From the IMG/VR virus record IMGVR_UViG_3300042868_009489: a DNA stretch of 64,000 nt. One strand, given 5' to 3'. Origin of the DNA: a virus. Positions 44,301 through 53,345 of the stretch are shown here, in pieces. Under the pieces are notes generated by a model. That model was not told where the DNA came from. It saw nothing but the letters and a program-made list of their open reading frames with translations, and did no database searches. How positions within the stretch are numbered: the first letter of the stretch is position 1; the number at the start of each line of letters is the position of its first letter. A program made the position numbers and the translations under genes.

Positions 44301-46674
44301 GATTAACAGTATACTCAACGATATTTCCTGTTGAAGTTGTTATAACTGAATCTAAATCTCTATGATATCCAGCTGATTCATTAATATCAATACCAAAATT
44401 AGCCAACATTTGATTCCAAAAAGTTCTACCTGTATCAGTCAAACCTTTTTCTTCAGCAGATTGAAATCCAGATACGTCTGGAGTAAATATTTTAGTTTGA
44501 GTTTCAGCTGGCATATAGAATGATAAGTTGCTACCATTCGTCCATTCTCTAATTACGTTGGTCGTAAACACTTCGTTCTTATAGCCTAGGAGAGCGTCGT
44601 TAACGATCTTCGAAGGAGATATCCCAGCTTGGGCCGAGAGCCTATCAGAGGCGGCCTGTATGCCTCTTAGATCGTCCTGAGTGACATCTCCGTCTCTATC
44701 GGTGTCAAGCATTGCTTTTGCTATGTCTTGAGTATTTTCGCCCTCTTTACCAAACATTAAAAATTCTTCATTTATATAATTATGAAGAGCTCCAGCTGCC
44801 TTGCCCATATACTGCCTAAACTTACCCCAATGAATAGCTTGGTTAAAGTCATTGAGCATTGGTAGGAACGGCTTATGATTAAAGTTGTATAGATTTAATG
44901 TAACCACTAAAGCAAACGGGTAACTTGGTATTGTGGAAATTGACATACCTTGAAGAGCAACGCCAGTTATTCCATATACGGAATTTAAATAATGATTTCT
45001 AATTGGAAGAAATGGAGCGTATTTAAACGCGGCAACTAAACCTCTTAAAGATGAAAGAAACTTATCTATCTTTTCTTCATTATCACCATTGCCACTAAAG
45101 TCTATTGTGAAGTTATCCTTAAGGGTAATCTTTGAAGCGTCTTCAATTGAGATACCCCATATCTCCTCATAGTTTGGAAAGAACAATTGCATACTGATAG
45201 TTGTGTGTTTGTATCCAGAATTAAACTTTGGACTATTTTTTTGTCTTAGCGCGCCTTCGCCCATGCTACTTGTTTTGAATTGAGTTTGTACGTCAATACC
45301 AATTGGTGGCACATAGAAATTAGCTGCTCCTAATCTAAGATGAAATATATCAGGAGAAGACGGTGGAATATTTTGCCTAAATGGAAACTCTGCAATAGCT
45401 TTTTCTATTCTTTGACCAGTGTTAATAAGATCCCATGCACCGGTAAAGATGTTCTCACCATTGACCTGGCCAAGGGAAGCCATCAAATCGTTTAATATTG
45501 CTTGACCATCATTAAGCGGATCTTCTGATCCACCACCTTTTCCATCGTTTGAATAGTCAGCCGTTGCTGCTAGCGCGGCAAAGAAAAAATTAACTAGCTC
45601 TGGGAAATACCTGTAGATGGTAGCTAGCGTTACTGGATCTCTAGAGAGTCTTTGTAAGACAACAGTAAGCTGCTGAAGCCAACCAGTATCTCTCACTCCA
45701 TCTAATACATTAGCTGCACCGGCGCTACCCTTTACTCTTTCAAGAGTAGACAGTCTAGCTCTACCAAATGCCTGCATTGCGTCGATGTAGCTTAATAGAT
45801 CAAAAAGACCAGATGCCTCAATTTTATCAAACAAAGATTTTTGATAAGTATCATTTAACTGATATATTTCCATACTTGGAGATGCAACTGCTATAAATTG
45901 ATTAACATAATTATCCTGAAAGGCTTTATCAAAAACAAAACTTGCATTGTTTTTTCTTACTAGACTTTCATAATACGAAGAAATTGAGGAATAAGAGCTA
46001 TCGGAATGATCAAAACCAATTATAGCTGCTCCACGCTGTATAAATTCTTCTAAAGCCGTTGCCCTGTCTATGTCTGTACCAAGTGAATTCTCGTCAACGG
46101 CTGGAGGTTCTTGAACATCTTCTGGTGTTTGTGGCGTTTCTTCTGAATTATCACTACCTATATTAAAGTCTTTTATTCTCTGTCCAATAAAACTAGCCAT
46201 TGTTGTAGCTGACTCTATATAGTGCCAGCACGAATCAACCTTAGAAAAAGGTTCGCTATACCATGTTTCGAATGCTTTTGCGTAAGCTACGTCTGTTAAA
46301 TTAACATTTGTAGTTGGTATTTTTTTATCAAACTTTTTTAGAATGCCAATTATATAATCAGTTGGATTTTCACCATTCCTTTTTGTATCCTGCACTTTAA
46401 TAGCAGCAATTGCCGCATTGCGCCAAGCAATATCATTAAAATCAGGTGGAGCAATTTTGATACCCCATGGCAATTGAGGGACACCAGCCCACACACCTAT
46501 TGTGCCAGGAAATCCAGGTAGAACTGTTTGTAATTTAGCTAATGCTGGCCCAGATTGTATGTTTGAATTTGCATTTAATGTTATCTGTTGAATCTCTAAA
46601 AAGTAATCGTCTGCTTGCTGCTTGGTGGTAAACTGTTCTTTTATGTAGTCGAATGCTTGTTGATTTATGGTCAT
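35302..46674 (-). CDS. Giant virion/baseplate hub-like protein (3790 aa) with a C-terminal SNase-like domain
   Basis: Hub-like LKPGVRVHLRVGYG...IFNGVITEV and GELIVIG..IRPHD.VYL...GIFEVEQVVH; SNase-like NVIDGDEIEV...VRLEGI. Confidence 0.7.
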   Translation of the reverse strand: MTINQQAFDYIKEQFTTKQQADDYFLEIQQITLNANSNIQSGPALAKLQTVLPGFPGTIGVWAGVPQLPWGIKIAPPDFNDIAWRNAAIAAIKVQDTKRNGENPTDYIIGILKKFDKKIPTTNVNLTDVAYAKAFETWYSEPFSKVDSCWHYIESATTMASFIGQRIKDFNIGSDNSEETPQTPEDVQEPPAVDENSLGTDIDRATALEEFIQRGAAIIGFDHSDSSYSSISSYYESLVRKNNASFVFDKAFQDNYVNQFIAVASPSMEIYQLNDTYQKSLFDKIEASGLFDLLSYIDAMQAFGRARLSTLERVKGSAGAANVLDGVRDTGWLQQLTVVLQRLSRDPVTLATIYRYFPELVNFFFAALAATADYSNDGKGGGSEDPLNDGQAILNDLMASLGQVNGENIFTGAWDLINTGQRIEKAIAEFPFRQNIPPSSPDIFHLRLGAANFYVPPIGIDVQTQFKTSSMGEGALRQKNSPKFNSGYKHTTISMQLFFPNYEEIWGISIEDASKITLKDNFTIDFSGNGDNEEKIDKFLSSLRGLVAAFKYAPFLPIRNHYLNSVYGITGVALQGMSISTIPSYPFALVVTLNLYNFNHKPFLPMLNDFNQAIHWGKFRQYMGKAAGALHNYINEEFLMFGKEGENTQDIAKAMLDTDRDGDVTQDDLRGIQAASDRLSAQAGISPSKIVNDALLGYKNEVFTTNVIREWTNGSNLSFYMPAETQTKIFTPDVSGFQSAEEKGLTDTGRTFWNQMLANFGIDINESAGYHRDLDSVITTSTGNIVEYTVNQKIVQSIDILTAGRNTTDFQKKAYDFIITSFIFQNPQLDSNRKAYLRDFDRTENAYEDTERYVFGAIVFQDETLSQIKSFFKSKALTTTSYLDFLVDEYLQKRAINAGKTKDDEWKENERSIIKKQFAAGYSSMVYERFFKAGPIRDLMEAARERNGSFHIREWEVPMIRVDIDPANAIVTDVSISMSNNIIPLQVQMQDEPTYQHIGGGDSYINISMKVFGEKELIKLRKIFDHINGLARLEHAAGVMGFLGIKNIITALAGVKYVLPLSFNVSTIPNFPHVYDVSLRLVDFDIFQQKREQLSSDQQRKMIEEFGTKKNPFLRMKQLWGSFNSYPDFPLEIRNKDSEVVGCLDPDFYFRSFEMFDRDVIHSVTENKGKLSRLDTFNVDPSKEITVVTPYGSMTHKGSAVVAKFREYILNDQLDELKAYSRGTLGLKASETASYIMEALLDIDQPHDKFLLNYVDSLDEGEFDTKDLADSSWRLSSGQLKSGDLSSSNEEARAKLQSALGGSDDGFAEDKYVSFNPDELDAHAIINTFPAASGPGDTKIPSMIHTADGYQFGYIDKKNGRFYLTVDDVAVKKDSSVEYVGITDTQTPDVGTTKSLTGVPGAKALSEYQYSYSSGDEGKPETMKSNGNSKSVTDHWEKMMIDTQYRDISGRMVRAFPTYMLWLIDEKNFAGTKLFDNFYGLQSIIDFSVVSSEDILGDTLVFRASNMYAKLSTKEATTIFSGSGETDDKPGVDKLSLTSGLEQVIDRTLNFARNQLGHMESQYIVDIENMRLKPGVRVHLRVGYGANPNSLHTIFNGVITEVELGEIVTVTCQSDAIELSPVVNSVDKKGSSGHIDGGLNTGLYLSEPRDLMVRLLSMGTSRTKEAFAHATKKTIFSDNKFGIKHFGSILYEPLNDMERNKNAGIRNAASDALLAVGQGSGLTGGASTAAGALNPFGDNSNGTGLGASPFGIDVRLPMVGIMRTMWSNFASQPDLELYKRNIYPGNGTGVAQFLGGDLGDGWSNAASLTPGEEPNPRLEYLNRLTDSSWNNLLQRYDGGSQNASAAIDNLTLGMEARASGGTAAAVLGGGLLAAGAALAIGTGGIALPFIGGALAVGGGASLLGSLTGRGGVNIWKTFGLISDLDDDMPGFDEVSFRAQTYMKSVWDLFQMCARLLPNYIVAVRPFEDRSTVFYGKPHWLYTSAVVPITTGYPSEKRAVELGLKTPSYRSPDSELMDLLTKVNKQSNSTADYEAMRQAQNPAISISDIVQQQSSFSDIYAPAGILRGKVINFLDPWRTAYYGNSKTTKEQLTNDILSEIPKSKGYVTVGFHLPIDSTGQNASEVDIEKMKNLHVEIPQMPLRFSFPYFTDRVAGSVLLDYSFYALSTNRSGEGDDRLKTGTIHDGDKDLEKFNHDTLYRSLIDTEASLLAGSLTDKREGGTEDEFVINLASISFTAAVNPINTFGNDKFIFDLNTSGAVGTKSLVRMPLPSLLEHSRGLNELKGSWEYEYINQRTITSGSPFSYRDWGSPQYPIDEQFYIAMRWPYEITEDKDDEIFKKFKDKYFSDRDVDQFHGKPKDYKNRKVLVYSPTTRTAVVCKPAYFLWGTDKADLIYGTNQENDWSEEWVVSPRSAIAEEVDLAAVVSPDAAYYLGVMHLTENEKGYFKREKDDKGFDENRASASASALAQAGLAPVPMPRDCYFTFVDDSVPLGVVTTIYNPANEFTYKGDADMGKSYFVGFGAFAAEGDGKLLAEEASKAGAQRSGRTGSADSMERQMELLNERPTAFTNTQWKEFVPVSGITLLDQSHFAEAAARGGNILGSKDGKEGGYFDYIIKADYSPLERDALWKILDSELPTTGDEDSGSGRERFAAVYDPASPESIKAREFFDEGFSASTHVIAGNGRTLSQANDVWDQFRFGYHNEIAIKKIFFDAFGMDPDDKTPLPDFLITILRNPKANPDIFKLFSANGPDSTAVDEFSLLLGSDFITNPNARTGIPYGTADSMERQIESGSTSLVSSDTVKQAIEFARKNLVDAPLDEGGLVRYFDTLVRTKYKKLGLFLQSQSNLSLILGADVGGGQPKADDIIKDNFTPKQVFLLIVGMFRQAMWQDSYARAWLVLKPNRQYTGDDMWDFSPVHKIFAAFIDPNQDYASNKRKFLKLLADNKGEGNSAGNVVGVLTHNIDSFWDQNIGPLFTALSDGLSGLMNMFRMSMLQMGYGLSNIDNFSKQANIMNKVLNDSIYYSLGRPGSLLRAIDNPFTREYGEPVVEVREPFQKIHYISSFSTIIANNIQETITNVATQVTAVSEGKYPVTVALDKSIPAERQVEKTVETGLFFDNIMGEGLFGIAQPLFHPIEFARGAIKLSQGAPDELMARRVALAHLKESLKDIYSGELIVIGSADIRPHDLVYLADVYERMYGIFEVEQVVHHFTPNMGFITSITPNALVTINDPARWFMSSWIHSWMSIQNIRNDTRSLINSVQAGSTGILSGGDISVDGMSEALRSQMMGGVQFTHGSSALMSDIMANFAAEGLTDAQSQIENQMKQNSENGMSLKGIAATYLTTVGLTAAAAAIPFGAIAGGIAAGVASDLFWKGWSWVRDNVLDQHGCYVSYLNKNGQPMDASLAINQGMVVGRYHTKRLLPGILGVKSKVRTVDGNAFIRNDDLLKSLGWKEKEITDLVRYVSYENALVNAEVLKYSGTGPDKTGLNQYFKVICKLHNVIDGDEIEVIDLMNPTGQPFKVRLEGIIASSLGTFQAYTNTSIQAGYKPDDPTTAINVNSPGGRAAIFVSERLRDKPFVIRVSPNDQSSVSIYTEDDLSPGSRINNTNSYFKGVNYGDQEREKSLGTVFYRMLDEDKEANISIVRSFFVQNLDLSIIRKKEKFKENLYKETVFGKKFDEIYNSIYTSNMENHFEITGETDPLLTITNDERKLFNDLVNFKILEVLYSKASEWPYISWDEYYNDGAPATLNWELVTNNLAQVYTLDLLRERASTGGLDRAIPMPVYVEQKGGV

Positions 46675-46679
46675 GAATA

Positions 46680-47148
46680 CTACCTAAACATTCCTTCTAT
46701 TTTACGCATTTGCAACAGTCTGTCTCCGGAAGAATTTCTTTTTAGAGAACTTGAATAGTTATCTATTATAGCAGAATTTTTTATATTATTTGAATTATTG
46801 AATGCTAAAGAATCACCAGTAAGAGAAAAGCTTTTCTTATTATATCTTGCTTGTTGATTTACTGGATTATCATAACCAGCTCCATTGGCCTGAATATAAG
46901 CTGGAGATGAATTCATGTATCCTTCATATGATCCCTTTAGCGGATCAGATGGGGCTTCAGCTTCTGGAGAGAATCCATGTATGCTTGCTGACCTTGAATC
47001 GTTTGTTCTTTTAGCTAGCCCGTGAAGTAATTGCTGCACCAGCTGGGCTAGGAGTGCCGCTGTTGGCTTTTGGCCCTGAAGCAGCTGCCACTAAATTGGC
47101 GTTAGTTTTAGCTACCCCACCAGATCCAGTAGGAAGGTTATCAGCCAT
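46680..47148 (-). CDS. Hypothetical protein, 155 aa when joined by a +1 shift at CGG-G (47020-47022)
   Basis: ATG at 47148 (AAAGGA upstream) reads MADNLPTGSGG...AAITS-CGG-GCT-AGC-TAA; the +1 frame continues GLAKRTNDSRS to 46680. Confidence 0.65.
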
Positions 47149-47174
47149 AAAATAATTTATCCTTTAATTTAAAA

Positions 47175-50100
47175 TTAGAAAGAACCCGCTATATCGTCGT
47201 AAGGATTACGTCCTAGAGAAGGGAGGCTATCATGCATAGTACCTTGAACATTCCCATTTGTTACTAATCCGAGCTCTATTCATAAATTGTTCCATGTTGT
47301 CTTGATCTCCATCTACTGATATATTATAAGACATTCCTTGACCATTTTGTGAAATTGGCGCGTCTGAAAAACCCATTGGTGAATTTGGAATTCTTTCGTA
47401 CGGATTACCACCTGGTAGCAATGGGGGACCAGACATTGCTTCTTGTGTTCTTTCTTTTTTCTTAATAGATCCAAAGACTGCAAGACCAGTGGCTATTGCT
47501 GCTACACCAGCTATTTTTCCTTTATTTTTTAATGCGCCTTCATATAATTCTCTCATCTGTGGTGACTTCATGAAGTCTTGTATTCTAGTGTACTTTCCAG
47601 AAGCAGTAACGCCTGGATCGGCATAAGTCCTAGCAAGTGTTGCTCGAACTGCGCGATCTGCATCATCCTCGGCTTCACGGATAAATTTATTTCTCATCGC
47701 TTCTATTGCGTCTTCGATTGTTCCCAGTGATCTCTCAGTAGCGTCTCCTCTTAAGCTGGGAGTGAATATTCCTGGTGCTATTTCTTCACCACCTTGTAGT
47801 ATGGCGTTGAATTGAGCATACTCTGGGAGCTGAGTCTCTAACATCGCCTCATATCTTGTTCTCATTGTGCCTATTAATCTTACTCTGTTTGAAACCTTTT
47901 CTGCAATTTCAGTTTCAGTTTCAGTTGAAGAAGCAGCCGCTCTGATTCTTTGACCGATAACACCACCTGTTGGGTCTAAGTCTTCTCCATTAAAAGCAAG
48001 GAAATCTTCTAAAAATTCTAAATCTACTGAAGAGTCAGTCATACCATTAAGAATTTGTTGGACTTCTTCTGGGTTAACTAATTTGGGAACTCTTTCCAGC
48101 ATATCAATTTCAGCGTTCTTTGCCGACTGTCTATCAACTTTAAATAATCGAGACAAGAAGTCTTTATCCATTAAATTATTTGGAACTGTTAAATCTGCAT
48201 CAGCATTTTTGCTTACAAGTGCTTCTATTAAATTGACTATATCGTCAGTTTGTTTTTGTGCTCCTGTAAATTTAGTCACCTGTAATGTATGATTGATTCT
48301 AACAAAAGCAGCTAATTGTTGAACGGTAAATTTTTCTATTCCGGGTGCTGCAATCTCTATCGGCTCAGCTGATGATAGTACGTTTTCAAGCATGAAACCC
48401 ATTGCGGTGAGACCATCTTCAATTGCGGTAGGTTTTAAAATTCGTCTTGCGTTTTTCATTTCCTCTATCTCAAACAACAATTTATCCATAACCTCTTCTA
48501 CTCTATTAAACTTACTTCCATCGGGACGAAGCTCGTTTTGATATTTTTGTATATGAGCAGTAAAAAATTCTTGAACAGCATTTCTGGCTTCTTGTTCCGC
48601 AAAATCATTAGATACTCTTAGTATGCCTATGGTTGCTGTTCTTTTTCCCTCCATAGCTTTCCTTGCTCCCTTTGTTACTAAATCATTTAATTCCTCTTCA
48701 GTTGCTAAACCTCTATTTATTAATTTATCTGTTACATCTCTTCTATTGCGAAGTGTATTGCCGTTAAATGTCATATTTTCAAGATCTCTTAAAAGATTAC
48801 CCTCAATCATTAAATCATCTATTGTTTTTCCATAACTTCCGGCGGCGTTTCCTAATCGCTGTGTAATAGTTCCTTTTAACTCACCCATTGCTTCGTTTAA
48901 TGGAATCGTTTCATAAATAGTTGCAAGTCCACCTGGTGCATATTGATTATATTTCATAGTACCAAAATCTTTTGTCATTTTTGCGATTGAAGCGTTAACG
49001 TTTGCCATAATATCGTCTATATTTTTTGTTGCAAAATTTTCTTTAGCTTCCCCTTCTAAACCAAAAAGTTCAAGAAGCTTTACTTTAGCTTCCGCCCCAG
49101 ATACTTTTTTGTTTTGAAATTTCTTTCCAGGTCTCGTCATGCCATCTATCTTTTTTATGATACTACTTTCAGGAAGGTCTATTCCAAGAGCTTTAGCTAC
49201 CTTGTTCCCTCCTTCAACAATTGACTCTATCACCCTATTAACGTCACCATCGTCTGTTTTAGACGCAATGTCAGATAGTTTTAAATGTGTAGCAAAGTCG
49301 TCAAAGCCAACCATTCCTATTCCGCTAAAGTCTATATCAGGATAGAATTCTTGCAAAGCTCTTATCATACCCATTTGCTTTGCTGTATTATTAACAAGTG
49401 TTGTTCCTACATTGTCTGATGATAAATTTATGATACCAATCAGTTCTTCACTAAACTTATCGTTTCTTGCGAGTATTGTATTTACAAGATTAACCATTTC
49501 TGGAGTTTCCATTGTAAGCGCGCTTACGTCATAGGCACCGCTAGTCATTATACCAGCCCTAGTCGCTATTTCGCGGATAGCAGAATCATCTCCCATAAGG
49601 GAAAACAATGAATTTGATAATGCCCTCTGGGCAACCTCATCAGAAAAACCACCGTCTCTAGTAAGATTAAATGCCATGAGCAAACTTTGGTTTGTTGCAT
49701 TCAAATTTATTTTCATACTTGCACCTACGGCTGCGTCAATTGCACCTTCTGGGTTAAATACAAGCGATGTAGCAGCTTCCAGCCCCGTAACTAGTTTTTC
49801 TAATTCTATGTTTCCTTTACTTATTGCATACTCTTTTATCCTACCCAATGCTGCAAGTCTTTGTTCTTCTGAAGAAACTGCCCAACCAAGTCTATTCACA
49901 TATTTGCCCAGCTCTCCCGTAGCCGCAGACATTGCAGTAACATTAGATCTTTGAAGCATTGAATCTAATGTGGTTTTAACTCCGCATTGTTAGGTCTTCT
50001 AAACCTTCTCGTACTGAGTGTTTATATAATGCTCCTGATGTTCTAACAGCAAAATCCATTTCGGTTATTGTTGCACTGGCTGATCTAGTAGCTGCGATAT

Positions 50101-53100
50101 CGAAAGCTTCCTTATAAGAACCTGCTCCCATTTGTGAGTCGTACATTGTTTCGATTGCACTAATAAAATTTTTATCCTTACCGGGAGAAGCTGAAGATCT
50201 CATAATTTGAGTCAAACTACTTTGCCTATAACTTGATATGAGTCCAGCATTTCCAGATTCTAATATTTCATCTGCGTTTAACGCTAACATTGTTCCCGAT
50301 TTTGTCATAGAGGCTTTTTTAATTATTGCCTCTGATGTTGCTCCAATATTAAAATACTTGCTCTTTACTGCCTTTATTCCATTTCCGCCAGCACCCATAT
50401 ACTCATTTGCAAAATCATCTACATTAACACTCGCTTGCCCTGTAAATAACTCAACTGAAGCTCCTTGCTCTCCATTCAAGTCAACTAACTTAAATATAGC
50501 TCTTTCTAAATCTTCTTGAGTTATATCTCCAGCAGATTGTTTAAATTTTTGAGCTACATCTCTTGAACCATGAGCTAGTGAGTTAAGATACTTAAATATC
50601 TTTTGTTCCTTACTTAATTGTTCCATGCCCAAAGCTGACGGTTGGCCACTTAAATCAGATGAAAGATCAAGAACAAATCCAGTTCTATCATTTATCATCT
50701 CAGATACCGAATTAGAAACTCTTCTAAACTTTTCTCCCATTTGGGTCTCATCACCAAACATTCTCATTATTGTTTCTTCATCTAAGTGAGGTGCCATAAG
50801 TGCAAACTCTTGAGGACCAGTTGGTTGACGCCAAGCAAATGATGCAAGTTTTCTTACACCTTCACTATTTTTAATTGTTTGTAAATTAGTTATCCATTTA
50901 TCGTCTAAGTCGAATCCACCACCAGCTTCATATAGGCCTAAGCTTGAAGATGCGGCGTCTGGAATTAACATCTTGTGCCCAACATGTCTAAATTTAAACA
51001 AGGATAATTCATCTCCGAATTCAGATGTAAATCTACTAAACGTGGTGTCATCTGTAACTCCAAGAACTTTGCTACCGGCACCTCTTGACACTCTTCCTTC
51101 GGTGTCTATAGCTTGTCTTTGTGCATAAGGCATTGCGTAATTGAAGATTGGCATGTCGTCTTTTACTTTTCCGCCAACAAATCTTCTGTACACTTTTCCA
51201 GTTCTAAACGCTTCTCTTTGAGCTTGGTTTAATAGCTGGTTAGCTACATCTGGTATTTCATTTACTCTTACTTGCCCAGATGACAAAACTTGTTGTAAAT
51301 TTTTTGCATTTGCTCTAATTCCGATTGCCCTTTCCTTACTGCCGAATCTTTCAACTAACGTCTCTATATCCATACCCTCTACATCGAGATTTGCATCGTT
51401 TAATATTGATCTTCTTAATCTTTCACTTACAATTCCTTTAGATATATTGTCTATTTCTCCTTGAAGGATTTCAGAACTTTCGCTGACTTGCCTAGCAAAG
51501 TCTTCACCATATTGTTTTCCGTGGAATAACATAGCTTGCGGTTCGCTATAAACCATATCTCTACCATGGCCTGTATTTATTTGCATGGTAATTTGTTGAC
51601 CAACATGTGGACCTAGCGCTTCACTCCCAGGTGCTGAAAGCCTAGCAAAGCTGACTTCCTTCTTAAGTAGTTCAGTTGAGCCTGCACCCATATAACCAAG
51701 CCCAGCTAAACGTTCTTCTACTTCCCCTTGCACTAGGTCAAAGACAGATTTACCCTGACCCCTTCCTATAAACATTCTAGCTGTATCATGTTTAAATTCT
51801 CTTAATGCTAATTTTTGTCCTTTTAAAAAACCATCAGAATTAGTTACAATTCTATCTAGTTGAGATTTAAAACTGTCAATTTTTCCAGTAAGATGCATCG
51901 CTTCATCGCTGCCTTCTGCATAAGAGGGCAACATTCTTCTAGCTTCGTCTATCGAAGATTTTAAACTTTCTGCGTGCTGTTTCATAGGTACACCGGTGAT
52001 AAATCCAGAACCGTCATCTATCTTTTTCATTTCGCCTAGAGCGTTTACATATCTTTGATACTTACCTTTCAGGACTGGATCTATTCCATCTTGACCAGCT
52101 GTTTTTTCTATTCTTGATATAATGTCATCAAGTGATATTTTTTGATTTTTTTTATCTGCAATGCTTTCTCTAATCTGTGATTGTATAACACCTGCAAATT
52201 CATTAAACTCATCATCCCCTGTTAAACCCTGTAACTCTAAAGTTGTACGAAAATACTGTTGGGCTGATTGCGCCGTCTCTCCCTCCATGGCAATACTAGT
52301 TCCAAGTCTCTCTCTTATGATACCTAGTCTTCCCTGTTGAGTAAGTGAAGCGTCTCCTAATAATGTATTGGTATAACTTTCTTCTAAGCCAAAAGCTTTT
52401 AATGTTGTTTCCAAAGCTGGATCAAAAAACAAATATGAATCTTCAAGAGTTTTTGGAGCTACACTTCTAAATCGATTATCTACCTGTTTGGATAAATGAT
52501 TGATAACATTTCCAACTCCTTCTTGATCAATGACCATATTTCTTTCCACTAAACTTTGCCATTGCCTTTTTGGAGTTTTACCTAGTTGGTTACCTAATAT
52601 TTGTTCCGCACTTTTTCCAAAATTCATAGATCCATCAACGTCTAATGGATCTATAAGTTTTGCTAGTCTATCTATATTCAATGATTGAACATCTAGTGTA
52701 TTAAATAAAGAGACTGTTTCTTCACCGCTTAAGTACTTATACCCTTCGTCAGTTTGGTATCTTAGTCTTAAAAGAATAGAAGAATTATCTCTAGTTGATA
52801 GGTATCCTGGTGGTAGAATTTTTCCAGTAGCTAATCTTTTATCTATACCTCCATCCGCCAGTATATCTAAATCTGGGAAACTCACTGCATCGCTGTACAG
52901 ATTGGCCATTTGGTTTATTGTTTCGCCTGTAGTATCTGAATACCCAATTCTTACTAGTTCAATATTTTTTCCTTCAAGACTACTGAGTACTGCGTGCCTT
53001 GATTTAAATGCTTTTGCTTCTGGATTATCTAATCTTAAATATTCATTAATGTTATAAGTTAAATCTGAGAGAGGACCAAAACCAGAAGGGTCTGGAGACA

Positions 53101-53341
53101 AAACTCCTTTTGTTCCAGTAAATACGGATAATTCAGAAATACCACTTCGAGTTGTATCTTCTATGGCATTTGCCAAAGTATCATATGGCTTTCCGCTTAT
53201 AGAATTAACTAACTCACCACTAGAGTTAAATTTTATTAAGCCTCTTAAATATGCATCTTGTTTTTTTATAAGAGAGCTTGGTATTTCACTAATTGGTCTA
53301 CCAAGACCTAGAGCCAGCGTTGAAGGATTTACGTCTACCAT
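47175..53341 (-). CDS. Large virion (ejection/tape-measure-region) protein, 2054 aa when joined by two +1 shifts (49982-49984 and 47269-47271)
   Basis: EDLTM-G-VKTTLDSMLQRS joins the 1121-aa and 909-aa ORFs. The second shift gives the C-terminus NRA-G-LVTNGNVQGTMHDSLPSLGRNPYDDIAGSF, ending at TAA 47175. Confidence 0.7.
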
Positions 53342-53345
53342 ATTA

